The translations under genes and the position numbers were made by a program. A DNA stretch of 64,000 bases, from positions 32,001 to 96,000 of the IMG/VR virus record IMGVR_UViG_3300011113_000257. One strand, written 5' to 3'. Below the pieces are notes generated by a model. That model was not told the DNA's origin. It did no database searches and saw only the letters and a program-made list of their open reading frames with translations. Every line of letters begins with the position of its first letter. Positions within the stretch are counted from its first letter, which is position 1. This document shows, in pieces, positions 47,683 to 58,785 of this stretch. This DNA is from a virus.

Positions 47683-48337
47683 CGGAATTGCTTATTTATA
47701 TGCTCGCGTCTCTACCCAGATTCAGGTAAACGACGGAGTAAGTCTCGATGCTCAAGTTAGACAAATGGAGTATGCAGCACTTGCAGCGGACTATGAACCC
47801 GTTGTTTTAAGAGAAGAAGGGCGCTCAGGTAAAAGTATTCAGGGTCGTCCAGTACTACGAAACGCGCTAGATGACCTAGACGCAGGAAGGGCTCAGGCTA
47901 TTTATGTCACAAGACTCGATAGATTGGCGCGTTCGACTAAGGACTTTCTTTCAATTGTTGACCGTTCACATAAATACGGTTGGCGTTTGGCTTTACTTGA
48001 TTTGGGGCTTGATACTGCTACGCATCAGGGAAGGTTTGTTGTTACGATTATGGCGGCGATGGCGGAAATGGAACGCGGAATGATTTCTGAGCGTCAAAAA
48101 GATGTACATAGAGACCGAAGAAGTAGTGGAAAGAAGTGGGGGATTGACTTAGGACCACTGCCAGATATTGAACAAAACATAAGAGAACGCATTTATAAAG
48201 AAAGAAATTTAGGACTTTCTTATCAGTTGATAGCAGACGGATTAAATGCAGAAAGCATACCAACTGCGCATGGTGGAGAGAAATGGTACGCAGCAACAGT
48301 AAGAAATTCTTATTTAGCGTACAAAAAAACAATGTAA
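47675..48337 (+). CDS. Serine recombinase (resolvase family)
   Basis: YARVST, SGK...RP, RLDRLARS, E.ER.MISER; C-terminal IADGLN..G.KW. Confidence 0.92.
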   Translation: MSNGIAYLYARVSTQIQVNDGVSLDAQVRQMEYAALAADYEPVVLREEGRSGKSIQGRPVLRNALDDLDAGRAQAIYVTRLDRLARSTKDFLSIVDRSHKYGWRLALLDLGLDTATHQGRFVVTIMAAMAEMERGMISERQKDVHRDRRSSGKKWGIDLGPLPDIEQNIRERIYKERNLGLSYQLIADGLNAESIPTAHGGEKWYAATVRNSYLAYKKTM

Positions 48338-48399
48338 AATAAGAACAAGGTTCGCGCTGACACACGAATTAATATTCTGCCCTTGCTGGAGGGGTTACT

Positions 48400-50394
48400 T
48401 TGTTTAAGACTCTAAGAGTTCTTGGTGCTCTTTTTTACTTATCTTTATTTGCTTTAATTGCACCACCCCCTCCAGCAAGTGCGTCTATTGCCGAACAACC
48501 TTGCAATCAAGTCTCTTGGACTCAAGAAGACGATGTTGCCCACGAAATGGCTTTGCCTTATAGCCTTCCTCTTGGAGACACTACATACAATACAACCTAT
48601 GTAACTACCAACGGAACTTTAACTTTTGGGACACCTGACCCAACATTTCACACATATCCAAGTACTCCTTCCATCTCTCTTGCAGGCTGGGACTGGGTTA
48701 CTTGGAGTGGTGGCTATTTAAGTTATGGAGTTACTGATACAGGCTTCTGCGTTGAATGGAAAGTTCGTCCATTCCCACAGAGTTCAGGTGATTTTACAAC
48801 AATCAAACTAACTGTTGACACTTCACGCCTACCTACTTGGTCTGGAATTGTTGAAACAACAGGCTGGCTTCCTTCAGATTTACGTCGCGGTATTCGTTTC
48901 CAATCAGGTGAAGAGGTGGTCCAAATCTCAGAGGCGTTCACCATTAACGGTGGACTCCCAGTTGAAATGCAGACTTGTTGGGATGGAACAATTATCCCAA
49001 TGTCTGCAACATGTCCTGCAGAACCACCACCCGGTCAATGCTGGGATGGCTCTACAGTTGTTTACGGGCAAACCTGTCCACCAGTCCCACCTGACACACA
49101 ATGCTGGGACGGTACTTGGATTGCATGGAGTCAAACCTGTCCACCTCAACCGCCCCCAATAACTTGTTGGGATGGTTCAGTAATTGCTCACAACCAAACC
49201 TGTCCACCAACTCCGCCTGACACACAATGTTGGGACGGCTCAACTATTCCTTGGAATCAAACTTGTCCACCAACTCCTCCAGATATTGTTTGCTGGGATG
49301 GCTCAACTATTTCTTGGAATCAAACCTGCCCACAAACACCACCACTAGTTGAGTGTTGGGATGGTTCGGAAGTTAACTGGAATGAGCAGTGTCCACCAGA
49401 GCCACCACCTGCAATTGTTTACCCAGACGATGCAATATACATTACAACTAACGAAGGGGGAGAACTTACTTATGTTGCCCCAGTTGGTATGAAAATTAAT
49501 CAAATCTTATTTGCATCATATGGAACACCAAATGAGTACCAATACGGAACATGTCACGCTGAAAACTCTGCAATGCTTGTATCGAATGCTGTATCTAATG
49601 ACACCTTAGTCATTAATGCAAATAATGGAGTCTTTGGAGACCCTTGTGGTGGAACTGAAAAATATCTTTCTGTAGTTCTTACTATTGAAGTTGACCCTAA
49701 CTATGTAGAACCAACTCCAACTCCTACTCCAGAACCGACACCCACTGAGACAGTAGAACCCACCCCAACGCCAGAACCAACACCAGAGCCGTCACCATCA
49801 GTATCACCGACACCAGAACCGACTTTAGAACCTTCACCTACACCGACACCCACACCAACAGTCCTGCCCACATCAGAACCAACAGTAACTCCAACAGTTG
49901 AGCCGAGCCCAGAACCAATACCTTCAGAGACTTCAACACCAGAACCAACTCCTACTCCTACTGAACCAATTATAGAGCCTGTTCAAGAAGTCATAGATAA
50001 CGCTTCTGCTGATGGAATTATTACTGACAGTGAAAGAGAAATAATCTCTAATGCTCTCGTCGAGGAATATGCTGATACATCAATTCCATTTGATGTTTTT
50101 GAAGAGTCTGGTTTGGATTACGAAGACTTGCCACCCGAGCAACCAGTTACTTTAGAAAACGGTGTAGTTATTACTGCTGAAATTGCCGATGCACTTGAGA
50201 TTTTTGAAGACCCTTCCGAACTCCTTTCCGCAGTTTTAACTGACCCAGGGAAGGCACTTAAAGCCATTGCGAATGTTGGTGCCGATTTGTCACCAGAGGT
50301 TCGTAAGGACGCACAGGCAATCACTGTTTCGGCAGTCATTGTGTCACAAATAATTGCTGGAACTTCAGCACTAACCCTAGCGAGGAATCAATAA
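48400..50394 (+). CDS. Surface/secreted protein: NIDO-like domain, seven Cys repeats, SUEL-type lectin, PT linker, C-terminal anchor
   Basis: Signal peptide; YVTTNG.LTF; CWDG repeats; ILFASYG..G.C..FGDPC.GT.KYL. Confidence 0.72.
   Translation: MFKTLRVLGALFYLSLFALIAPPPPASASIAEQPCNQVSWTQEDDVAHEMALPYSLPLGDTTYNTTYVTTNGTLTFGTPDPTFHTYPSTPSISLAGWDWVTWSGGYLSYGVTDTGFCVEWKVRPFPQSSGDFTTIKLTVDTSRLPTWSGIVETTGWLPSDLRRGIRFQSGEEVVQISEAFTINGGLPVEMQTCWDGTIIPMSATCPAEPPPGQCWDGSTVVYGQTCPPVPPDTQCWDGTWIAWSQTCPPQPPPITCWDGSVIAHNQTCPPTPPDTQCWDGSTIPWNQTCPPTPPDIVCWDGSTISWNQTCPQTPPLVECWDGSEVNWNEQCPPEPPPAIVYPDDAIYITTNEGGELTYVAPVGMKINQILFASYGTPNEYQYGTCHAENSAMLVSNAVSNDTLVINANNGVFGDPCGGTEKYLSVVLTIEVDPNYVEPTPTPTPEPTPTETVEPTPTPEPTPEPSPSVSPTPEPTLEPSPTPTPTPTVLPTSEPTVTPTVEPSPEPIPSETSTPEPTPTPTEPIIEPVQEVIDNASADGIITDSEREIISNALVEEYADTSIPFDVFEESGLDYEDLPPEQPVTLENGVVITAEIADALEIFEDPSELLSAVLTDPGKALKAIANVGADLSPEVRKDAQAITVSAVIVSQIIAGTSALTLARNQ
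48976..49410 (+). repeat. Seven tandem 63-bp (21-aa) CWDG-x8-CP repeats
   Basis: Visible directly in the protein and DNA. Confidence 0.92.
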
Positions 50395-50624
50395 TGAAAG
50401 CCATACTGATATGGATTAAAGATGCCTTCATTGAATCACTAAACCAAACATGGACTTTATTAGGTATGTTTATCGCTTGGTGCGTTCTTGAAGGAAGTGC
50501 AAAGACCGTTGTAGGTTATGCAATAACACTGTCACTAGCAATCTGGCTGCTTACAATTAAATTAAGAGGTCCACTTGACCTTGAGATTGTGCATAAAGAT
50601 GAAGACGAAGAAGCCCCCAAATAG
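50394..50624 (+). CDS. Small two-TM membrane protein coupled to the surface protein
   Basis: TAATG overlap; WTLLGMFIAW.VLEGSAK. Confidence 0.7.
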   Translation: MKAILIWIKDAFIESLNQTWTLLGMFIAWCVLEGSAKTVVGYAITLSLAIWLLTIKLRGPLDLEIVHKDEDEEAPK

Positions 50625-50711
50625 GGGGCTTTTTCCTTTATACAAGCAATTTGCATAAGAGATACAAAGTCTGTACCATAGAGTTATGACACACGCTAAA
50701 GACATAAAGAA

Positions 50712-51182
50712 ATGGAGAAAGAAAAAATGAGTGATTTACTCCTTGAGTACACTGAAAAAATCCTTCCAATCTTGCCTTTAGCAAAAAAGGCATATGGTTC
50801 TAGGTCGCAAAAAAGCGTAGAGCACGATGCAAGTCGTCAATACACGGATTTTCTAATTGAATTTCAATCAAAAGGTGGCAGTCTTCCGCAGTTAGCAAAG
50901 AGTCTAAATGTTGCTTATCCCGGTGTAAGACGACGAGTTGTAATGAATGACGTAAATTTGTCTTCAATAAAGCCAAAAACTCGTGCTACAAAGCAAGAAA
51001 ATATTGAAGCAGTAGACCGTGTAAAAAAGGCAAAAGAAATTGGTGTTGACCAGTATCACGACCAACTTGCTGTTGAATATAAAAATGGCGTATCTTTGTC
51101 AGTTTTAGCCCGCGAAATGGGTCTCAGTTCCGCCGCACCACTGTATTATGGAGTACAGAGTAGTTTGAAGCGTAACGTCTAA
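50712..51182 (+). CDS. Double HTH DNA-binding protein
   Basis: GGSLPQLAKSLNV and GVSLSVLAREMGL. Confidence 0.65.
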   Translation: MEKEKMSDLLLEYTEKILPILPLAKKAYGSRSQKSVEHDASRQYTDFLIEFQSKGGSLPQLAKSLNVAYPGVRRRVVMNDVNLSSIKPKTRATKQENIEAVDRVKKAKEIGVDQYHDQLAVEYKNGVSLSVLAREMGLSSAAPLYYGVQSSLKRNV

Positions 51183-51240
51183 AACAAAAATTTAAGCCCT
51201 CATGCTACTCAGCGTGAGGGTTTTGTTTTTTGGAGGAATA

Positions 51241-52650
51241 ATGGGTAAGAGTTTAATGGAGCAAATTGCCATGCTCTCCGAGGAAGAACGTAATGCTGTT
51301 CTTTCTGATATGGATATGGACTCTCTTATCTGGGACTGGAAGGCTTGGGGAAGACCAGAACAACAAACACCAGAGGGTAACTGGAATATTTGGGCATATA
51401 TCGCTGGTCGCGGTGCTGGTAAAACTAGAACTGCTGCTGAATGGGTTCGTGAAGAAGCCAAGCATACAAATAAGGGACAACTTAGATTTGCTTTAGTTGC
51501 TCGTACTGCAGCAGACGTTCGCGACGTTATTGTCGAAGGTGAGTCAGGAATTATCAATGTTTCGCCACCGAGTGAGAAGCCACACTATGAACCGTCTAAG
51601 CGTCGTCTAACTTGGTCTAACGGAAATACTGCAACTTGTTTTACTGCTGACGAACCTGACTCACTTCGTGGTCCGCAATTTACTCACGCATGGGGCGACG
51701 AAGTTGCTGCTTGGCGACAGACTCCAGATGCTGCTGGTATGACTGCCTTTGATAACTTACGAGTTGGTACTCGTCTTGGGGACCGACCAAAAATTATGTT
51801 GACTACAACACCAAAGCGCGTACCGCTTTTATATTCTTTAATAGAAGAATCAAAGAAAAGTGAAAGTGTAGTAATTACACGCGGTAGCACTATGGATAAT
51901 GCAGGTAACTTATCTGGCGCTTACATGGAAGCAATTATGGGTGTGTATGAAGGTACCCGTCTTGCTGCTCAAGAACTTTATGGCGAAATGCTTGACGACA
52001 TTGAAGGTGCTCTTTGGACTATTGAAATGGTTGAAAGAAACCGACATGGGTCATTTCCTCTAGGAACACCTCTTAGATGTATAGGAGTAGACCCATCTGT
52101 GGCAGAAAATCCAAGAGATGAGTGCGGAATTGTTGTATGCGCTTCTACTGGAGATAGAGATTTATACAAACGCGAAGCATGGGTACTTGAAGATGCATCT
52201 ATTCTAGGCTCACCTGAAGTCTGGGCTAATAAAGTTGTAGAGATGGCTCGTAAGTGGATGTGTCCAGTTATTGCTGAAGTAAACCAAGGTGGGGCTTTAG
52301 TTCGTAATGCAATTAATGCTATTGACCCAAATGTTAAAGTTTTAGAGGTTCACTCAAAGCACGGTAAGCAACTTCGCGCTGAGCCTACTGTTCTTGCATA
52401 TGAGCAAGGACGTGTTCACCATATTGGATTCTTAGCAGAACTTGAAGACCAAATGACTTCATGGATTCCCGGTGAAGGAAAATCTCCAGACCGTGTAGAT
52501 GCTTTAGTACATGCACTAACAGCATTACTTATTAAACCACCTCAAGGTTTTGTAGGCGGAAAAATAACCGCCCACTCCCCTGCCCGTCGAAAGATTGACT
52601 TAGGCAGGAGAGGTGGCGGTATGGGTGGTGCTAGGGTCTTTAAACCTTAG
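51241..52650 (+). CDS. terL: Terminase large subunit
   Basis: AGRGAGKTR, LRGPQF..AWGDE, TTTP, QE..GE, IGVDP, E.NQGG, K..RA and SPDRVDA motifs. Confidence 0.95.
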   Translation: MGKSLMEQIAMLSEEERNAVLSDMDMDSLIWDWKAWGRPEQQTPEGNWNIWAYIAGRGAGKTRTAAEWVREEAKHTNKGQLRFALVARTAADVRDVIVEGESGIINVSPPSEKPHYEPSKRRLTWSNGNTATCFTADEPDSLRGPQFTHAWGDEVAAWRQTPDAAGMTAFDNLRVGTRLGDRPKIMLTTTPKRVPLLYSLIEESKKSESVVITRGSTMDNAGNLSGAYMEAIMGVYEGTRLAAQELYGEMLDDIEGALWTIEMVERNRHGSFPLGTPLRCIGVDPSVAENPRDECGIVVCASTGDRDLYKREAWVLEDASILGSPEVWANKVVEMARKWMCPVIAEVNQGGALVRNAINAIDPNVKVLEVHSKHGKQLRAEPTVLAYEQGRVHHIGFLAELEDQMTSWIPGEGKSPDRVDALVHALTALLIKPPQGFVGGKITAHSPARRKIDLGRRGGGMGGARVFKP

Positions 52651-53381
52651 ACCAACTTAAATCCATATTTCTTTGCCATCTCTGACATAGACTTTTTGCC
52701 AGGAATACCATCAGCATCTTTACCATGGTAGCCCAACTTATGTTGCCACAACTTGTAGGCTTCTCTAGTCTTCTCATCAAAAGTTCCGTTAGCAGGAATT
52801 TTTGCACCGCATAGGTCAATTAATGCTGACTGCACGACTTTAACATCGTCATTAGTGGCACCATAAACAAGACCAGATAAATGTACAATCTTGTTTGGTT
52901 TCTTTGGTGTAGGAGTTACAATTGCAACACCCTTTTTCCAAAGACCAATCTTGCGTTCTGAAGGAGCATTCTTGTCAATAATGCCAGGCATATCTAGGAA
53001 CGGATTGCTTACATCATTACCATAACGGAATGGTGAAACACGAGTTTCTAAGTGTAAGTGCGGCCCGGTGGAGTTACCTGTATTCCCAGAGAGCCCCAAT
53101 TCCTCTCCTTCAGCAACTTTTTGACCTTTTTTCACAGTTGGCTTTGACATATGGCAATACCAAATATCTACAGTTCCTTTATCGGATTTGCAAGTAAGAA
53201 TTACAACTTTGCCATATGACTTGTCGTTAAGAACATCTTTGATTGTTCCTGCAGCAACTGCAAATAAAGGAGTACCAACAGGGCAAGCAAAATCAATTCC
53301 CGTGTGACGCTTTGCTGAATAGCGAGGGTTTGGACGACCCCAAGGTTGAGAGACCTTAGGGTTTTTTAGTGGACTAGCCAT
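52647..53381 (-). CDS. Endolysin: M23 peptidase plus peptidoglycan-binding domain
   Basis: HTGID, YCHM, GNTGNSTGPHLH; C-terminal WQ..LG....ADGIPG. Confidence 0.9.
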   Translation of the reverse strand: MASPLKNPKVSQPWGRPNPRYSAKRHTGIDFACPVGTPLFAVAAGTIKDVLNDKSYGKVVILTCKSDKGTVDIWYCHMSKPTVKKGQKVAEGEELGLSGNTGNSTGPHLHLETRVSPFRYGNDVSNPFLDMPGIIDKNAPSERKIGLWKKGVAIVTPTPKKPNKIVHLSGLVYGATNDDVKVVQSALIDLCGAKIPANGTFDEKTREAYKLWQHKLGYHGKDADGIPGKKSMSEMAKKYGFKLV

Positions 53382-53442
53382 TTTTAAATCCTTAGTAGGT
53401 AGAAAAACAATGTTCTTCTATTTTACCTGAACTAAAGTTTTC

Positions 53443-56082
53443 CTATCTAGCAAATCTAGTAGCAGTGCCCCAGTCAATTTCGTTATTAGTCACCTGACGA
53501 GGCTTCAAGGAACGACCCATAATTATTGCTTGAGAACCCTGACCTACGACTTCTACGTTTCTTTCCAACATCTTACGCTGGAATGCAGTCTGAGTCATAG
53601 GTTTTTCGCCACGCTCTTCAGCCCAAATACGGTAAATAACATACAAAGACTTAATTGGGGTAGTAGCACCCTCATTTAAAATAGTTTCTTCTTCAAGGAA
53701 CAATCCAATACGGTCTTCATTCTTTCGGTAGATTTCTGCTGCTTCAGAGACAACTGAACACCAACCAAGAGCATCACGAGAACTTGAACCAAGCATTTTT
53801 ATTGCACCTTCAACAGCCCAAGAAAGAACAGCAGGAAGAGCGCCCTCTGGGTCAAAAATGTATTCTTTTAAGTCTGGGTCTGGATTCTCGGGAACAAATG
53901 TAAATGGAATTGGACGAATACGTCTCCACATTGCATCATCATTAATAATTGGACGATGATTAGTAGATATCCAAAGTTTTGCTTGAGCCTTAAAAGTAAA
54001 TGGACGCTCACCAGGAGAACGCGCAGAAATTTCTTCGGAGCCAGTTAATTTTTTAACTGAGTTCTCTTTTAAGCGCTCTGAGTCAGGAAGTTCGTCAACC
54101 CAAACCATACGGCGACCACGAAGTTCAGCCCAGTGATAAAGGTCAGAACCTGATGCATTACCGTCACCACTAGCAAGAATGCTTGAGTCAAATGGCCAGG
54201 CATATTGTTGTGTACCAAGACATTTTACAATTGCTTCAACAAATGTATTCTTACCAGAACCTGCAGGACCGTAAACCAAAAACATCAAGTCATACTTACT
54301 AAGACCAGTAAGAGAGTAGCCAGCAGCACGTTGTAGCCAATCTTGGAACTCTTTATCTCCACCAGTTGCAAAATTTAGAAACTCCTCCCAGCGTATGTTA
54401 CGAGTACCAGGAGAATAAGCAACAGGTGCTCTACGAGTTATGTATAGGTCTGGTCTATTTTTTAGTAGTTCTCCAGAACGTAAATCAACAACGCCATTTA
54501 AGACTCCAAGCATGTGAGGATTAGAATCCCACTGGTCTACTGCAACTCTAATACGACGGTCAGAGTTTGCGTTCTCGATTGCAGACTTTAGTCTGGCATT
54601 TGATTTAGAATTTTGCGCCCATTTAATAACGTCTGATTGTTTGTCAGAATCACCATCATAGTTTTTTACTTCACTAGCAATAACAGGAGCAAGACTTTTT
54701 GCAAGTTCTTGCATTTCTAAACCCTCAATGTCTGGCTTCCAGTAACCACCGTCCCAGTGAAACCAACCAAGACCCTCTGAGTAACGAACTGCTTCACCGA
54801 ATGTATCTACAAATCTACGACCATTACCTGTATCGGATAAGGTACGTTGCCCAACGATTCCGCCATCTTCTTCGCTAATAGCATCAGTATCTTTTGGAAC
54901 ATTTAAGTTAGCAAGAGAAGATGCTTCAGCAACTGATTCACCTTTGTGGATACTTTCAGATACGGCACCAGCAAGAGTTCCCGGCAAAAATTCTGACTCT
55001 CCAGAAAAATCTGATGTTGATTTAGGATTAAATTTTGCTTGAGTTTCTTCAGTTGATTTTTTAGCCCAACCGTTTTCCGCATCGCCAATACCGGGCCAAA
55101 GCATATTTGACTTAGGGTTGTTGGCAACAAAATCTATGGCGCGACGAACGTGCATAAGTAGACCGCCCTGACCTTCAAGAGGTAGAGGTGGTTTTACCTT
55201 TTCAGCATTAAAGCGAATCATTAAAGTTTCAAGCGCCTCGCGACCGTGAGGTTTATCTACTGGATATTCATTAGCAAGAGAGCAAGTTAGTTTATAAATA
55301 TCTACAGCGCGAGAGCCTTCTTCAATTCCATCTTCAAGAATTTTACGAATTTCTTCTTTGTTTTTACCAAAATCAACATCGTCAAAGGTTGCACTCCAGT
55401 CCATAGCCCCAAGAGAAGAACTTAGAGATTTCGAAGAAGTAGAACGACGACCACGCTTACGCAAAAAATTTAAAAGTTCTTCTGGCGCTTGAGCCATCTC
55501 GGTTTCCCAAGGAGCCTTTCCTTCAGCCCATTCATAATTTTGACCAGAGAAGTGGCGTGAAGGTGCAATAAGAACATAACCATTGTGCTTAATATCAATA
55601 CCTTTGATACCAGCAGATTTTAAATTTCCAACTAAATCTTCAGATGCATCGCATCGATAAAAAATATGACGACCACGCATAGTCTTTCCACCAAGCGTGT
55701 ACTCACCAGTGAGTGCTTCAACAGTTGGAGGCAGATTACCTTCAACTAGTTTTTCAAACTCTTCAAAAGAATCGTGACCACCCGAGCGAGGGTCAATATC
55801 AATTACAAAAAATCCTGAAGGACGACAGAAGACACCAATATTTGCTTCTGAATCACGCTCCCACCAGCGTTCAATAACATTTACGTCACTAGATGCTTCA
55901 GTGTGCCATCCGCTAATCGCTGGATGCTTACCTACATCTTTAGGTTCAGCGTGGGCTTGGCTACAAGTACAACGACCGCCAACAATTCCATAACAAGGGA
56001 GAATTTTCCATCCTTGTGAGGCATACCAAGAAGTTGCCTTACTAAATCTGCCATCAATGTTTGCTTCATCATGCCGAGACAT
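53443..56082 (-). CDS. Bifunctional primase-polymerase fused to SF3 (D5/P4-type) helicase
   Basis: GKHP, NIG, IDIDPR.GG, GRH, PS.H.SG; D.GN..RF; GPAGSGKNT, VKKLTG, AMWRRI. Confidence 0.92.
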   Translation of the reverse strand: MSRHDEANIDGRFSKATSWYASQGWKILPCYGIVGGRCTCSQAHAEPKDVGKHPAISGWHTEASSDVNVIERWWERDSEANIGVFCRPSGFFVIDIDPRSGGHDSFEEFEKLVEGNLPPTVEALTGEYTLGGKTMRGRHIFYRCDASEDLVGNLKSAGIKGIDIKHNGYVLIAPSRHFSGQNYEWAEGKAPWETEMAQAPEELLNFLRKRGRRSTSSKSLSSSLGAMDWSATFDDVDFGKNKEEIRKILEDGIEEGSRAVDIYKLTCSLANEYPVDKPHGREALETLMIRFNAEKVKPPLPLEGQGGLLMHVRRAIDFVANNPKSNMLWPGIGDAENGWAKKSTEETQAKFNPKSTSDFSGESEFLPGTLAGAVSESIHKGESVAEASSLANLNVPKDTDAISEEDGGIVGQRTLSDTGNGRRFVDTFGEAVRYSEGLGWFHWDGGYWKPDIEGLEMQELAKSLAPVIASEVKNYDGDSDKQSDVIKWAQNSKSNARLKSAIENANSDRRIRVAVDQWDSNPHMLGVLNGVVDLRSGELLKNRPDLYITRRAPVAYSPGTRNIRWEEFLNFATGGDKEFQDWLQRAAGYSLTGLSKYDLMFLVYGPAGSGKNTFVEAIVKCLGTQQYAWPFDSSILASGDGNASGSDLYHWAELRGRRMVWVDELPDSERLKENSVKKLTGSEEISARSPGERPFTFKAQAKLWISTNHRPIINDDAMWRRIRPIPFTFVPENPDPDLKEYIFDPEGALPAVLSWAVEGAIKMLGSSSRDALGWCSVVSEAAEIYRKNEDRIGLFLEEETILNEGATTPIKSLYVIYRIWAEERGEKPMTQTAFQRKMLERNVEVVGQGSQAIIMGRSLKPRQVTNNEIDWGTATRFAR

Positions 56083-56271
56083 AAATCACCTCGGAAAGTA
56101 AACTAGGCAGAAATCCCTGTGTCATTTAATCGTTTTCTCCTTTCAAGGACGTTTGCGCGTCGTAAGAAGACTATACCTTAACCCAAGCAAAAAGCAATAG
56201 AGCCACCCTAAAATAGTAAGGTTTATGCTATAGTAGTCATACGCGCTATAAGCGAATCTACAGTATACACC

Positions 56272-56610
56272 TTGAAAGGTGACACCGTGTCGTTATTTTC
56301 TCAATTCGTAATGTTTATTGGCGGGGCAGTAACCATTACAGGTGCTCTATATGCCATATATAAAATTGCTAAAAGACTAGAAGATGCTATCGGAACTGAC
56401 TCAAAAGGCAGAACCATTTCTGAGCGCCTAGATAGGGTAGAGCACCAACTATGGGAGAATGGTGGCTCGTCTCTAGCAGATAGAGTAAATACTATTGAAA
56501 TGCATAGTATAAAAACATCAACTGAAATACAGTTTATTAAAGAACTTATTGTAAATAGTTCAACTTCAGTTGCTGCTGCTAAAAAGCCTAGAACAAGAAA
56601 AACATCATAG
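56272..56610 (+). CDS. Single-TM membrane protein (lysis-associated type)
   Basis: N-terminal TM; NGGSSLAD motif. Confidence 0.6.
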   Translation: MKGDTVSLFSQFVMFIGGAVTITGALYAIYKIAKRLEDAIGTDSKGRTISERLDRVEHQLWENGGSSLADRVNTIEMHSIKTSTEIQFIKELIVNSSTSVAAAKKPRTRKTS

Positions 56611-56716
56611 TTTTCTAACAGTTTTATACATTATATAAGTTTCGACACACCAGTAACACGAGTCACATAAATTGTAATTATTTCTGTTAAAGTTCTTATA
56701 TGTCTAGTCACAAGAC

Positions 56717-57028
56717 TTGATAACAAGAAGGACTGTTATGGGTAAATTAGCAGAAAAAGTCTCGGAACTTTCAGCACCTCAATTTGGACTCCCCTGCGGA
56801 GTTTCAAAAGTAATGACAAAAATGGACAAAGACGACAAAAGTACTTTAGAACTAATTTTATTTCCGCAAACTGAAAAAGTTAAGCGATTCTCTAATCGCC
56901 AAATTTACGAACTACTTCTTTCTGAAAATTACGATGTTGCTCAATCATCAATTGCACTACATCGTCGTAAGCAGTGTCGTTGTTTTACAGGAATTAATGC
57001 TCGTATTGAAGCACTTGGAGATAAATAA
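56717..57028 (+). CDS. Small Zn-binding protein upstream of the phosphoesterase
   Basis: C...HRRKQCRC. Confidence 0.6.
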   Translation: MITRRTVMGKLAEKVSELSAPQFGLPCGVSKVMTKMDKDDKSTLELILFPQTEKVKRFSNRQIYELLLSENYDVAQSSIALHRRKQCRCFTGINARIEALGDK

Positions 57029-58239
57029 TGTCTGAAAGTTTTGCAAAAAAAGTTTTAGAAGAGTTAGCAACTCCAGGACAAACTGGCTCAGATAGACGTT
57101 TGCAAGACACCCCTGAAGCATGGAAACCTCGTATGGACATTGACCATAAAACAGGTGGCTTTGTTGTAAGTACTCCACGACCAGCAGGTAATACCGCAGA
57201 TGCAGATGCAATCCTACGAGATTTTGATTTAGACCCTGCTTCTTGGCGAGTCACAAGTGTGCGCCAAAGTAAGTGGCAGTCTGCTAACCAAGAATGGCTT
57301 GAATCCTATCGAGTATCTGTTGTACCAGCAGATATGGTTGCAGAAGAAGATGTAGTTGATATAGAAAAACTTATTGATGAAGTAAAAAAGTGGAAGCCAG
57401 AAAAAGGTATTAAAAAAATATCTGGAAAAGGCGCATACGTTATAGTTCCAAGTGACCAACAAATTGGTAAAAAAGCAAATGGACAAGGCACTGCAGAGTC
57501 TGTAGCAAGAATTCTTGACTTAACTGACAGCGCACTTGCTCGTTATAAAGAACTTGTAAAAATAGGTCGTCCATTAGGAACAGTTGCTTTTTTATTGGCA
57601 GGTGACCACGTTGAAGGTAACGTATCTCAGAATGGTCGCTTACAAAGTCCAGCAGCGTCAGACTTAGGTCAGACAGAGCAGACTCGTGTTGCTCGTAGAG
57701 TACTCATGCAACAAATTAAAGCGTTTGCTCCTCACTGCGAAGAACTAATTATTGCAGTAGTTAACGGAAACCATGATGAAGTAACGCGACAAGTTGTGGC
57801 AGACCCTTCAGATGGTTGGAACGTAGAGATTGCTTCAGCAGTACAGGATGCCTGCGCAGAAAATCCAGCATTATCTCATGTTAAATTTCGCTACCCAGAA
57901 AAAGACCACCAAACACTTACTGTAAATATTTGCGGAACCCTTGTTGGGCTTTTTCATGGACACCAAAGTGGTAAGGACGTAACTAAATATTTATCGGGAC
58001 AGGCAGCAGGTCAAACTGCACTTGGACAAGCAGACATGTGGGTATCTGGTCACTACCACCACTTCAAGGCTCTTGATGTTGGTTCGCGTTTATGGTTACA
58101 GGCTCCAACTACTGACCCAGGCTCTCCTTGGTGGCGTGACCGTTCAGGTTTAGAAAGTAAGCCAGGACTACTAACATTTACAGTTGGTGAAGATTTAGAC
58201 CCACGCGGAGATATCAGCGTGATTCAAACAAAACTATAA
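57028..58239 (+). CDS. Calcineurin-like metallophosphoesterase / nuclease
   Basis: SDQQIGK, GD..EG, GNHDE, HGH, GHYHH. Confidence 0.85.
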   Translation: MSESFAKKVLEELATPGQTGSDRRLQDTPEAWKPRMDIDHKTGGFVVSTPRPAGNTADADAILRDFDLDPASWRVTSVRQSKWQSANQEWLESYRVSVVPADMVAEEDVVDIEKLIDEVKKWKPEKGIKKISGKGAYVIVPSDQQIGKKANGQGTAESVARILDLTDSALARYKELVKIGRPLGTVAFLLAGDHVEGNVSQNGRLQSPAASDLGQTEQTRVARRVLMQQIKAFAPHCEELIIAVVNGNHDEVTRQVVADPSDGWNVEIASAVQDACAENPALSHVKFRYPEKDHQTLTVNICGTLVGLFHGHQSGKDVTKYLSGQAAGQTALGQADMWVSGHYHHFKALDVGSRLWLQAPTTDPGSPWWRDRSGLESKPGLLTFTVGEDLDPRGDISVIQTKL

Positions 58240-58249
58240 AAAATTTTAG

Positions 58250-58738
58250 TTAGGGCTTCTTTCGAGAAGCCCTTTCTTTTTTCTTATTTTCACGGTCAGC
58301 GTGGTAAGCCTCTACAGCATTTGCGCTGGAGCGTCCACGCCAAGCAAAACCACATTCAGTGCAGGTAACTACTTTTGCGCGAGTCCAGCGTCCACCAGGC
58401 GGAAGTTTTTCAATAGATGTTGCTAACTTGCTAGGACGGGCAGTGCAGTAAGGACAGTTTGGCGGACGGTTACGTTTACGTTCTTCGCCATTGTAAGCCA
58501 CAGAGAGCGCTCTACGGAGTTCAATCTCGTCCTTGCCTCCCCAGATACCCCAAATCTCTCTGTGCTCCAGTGCCCATTGTAGGCAGTCCTTTCGAGCAGG
58601 ACAAGAGAAACATAAATTTTTTGCTTTATTTCTTTCTTCTGAATCCTTTGAATGGAACCATGTCATATATTTTTTGTTTTCTGGTTTTGCGCATAAAGCA
58701 TCGCGTTGCCAGTTAAGACTAATAGCAGGTTTCCACAT
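58250..58738 (-). CDS. whiB: WhiB-family regulator with C-terminal Zn ribbon
   Basis: W...A.C, AK.LC..CP....CL, GIWGG; extra CPYC...CTEC. Confidence 0.88.
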   Translation of the reverse strand: MWKPAISLNWQRDALCAKPENKKYMTWFHSKDSEERNKAKNLCFSCPARKDCLQWALEHREIWGIWGGKDEIELRRALSVAYNGEERKRNRPPNCPYCTARPSKLATSIEKLPPGGRWTRAKVVTCTECGFAWRGRSSANAVEAYHADRENKKKERASRKKP

Positions 58739-58785
58739 AGAACACAATTATATTAAAAGATACAAAAAAACAGCAGGCAGACACG

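Noticed and set aside
56069-56145. 18-codon upstream ORF with a strong RBS overlapping the primase start
   Set aside because: Possibly regulatory, but too short to support from one sequence, and the primase has its own GAGGTG RBS
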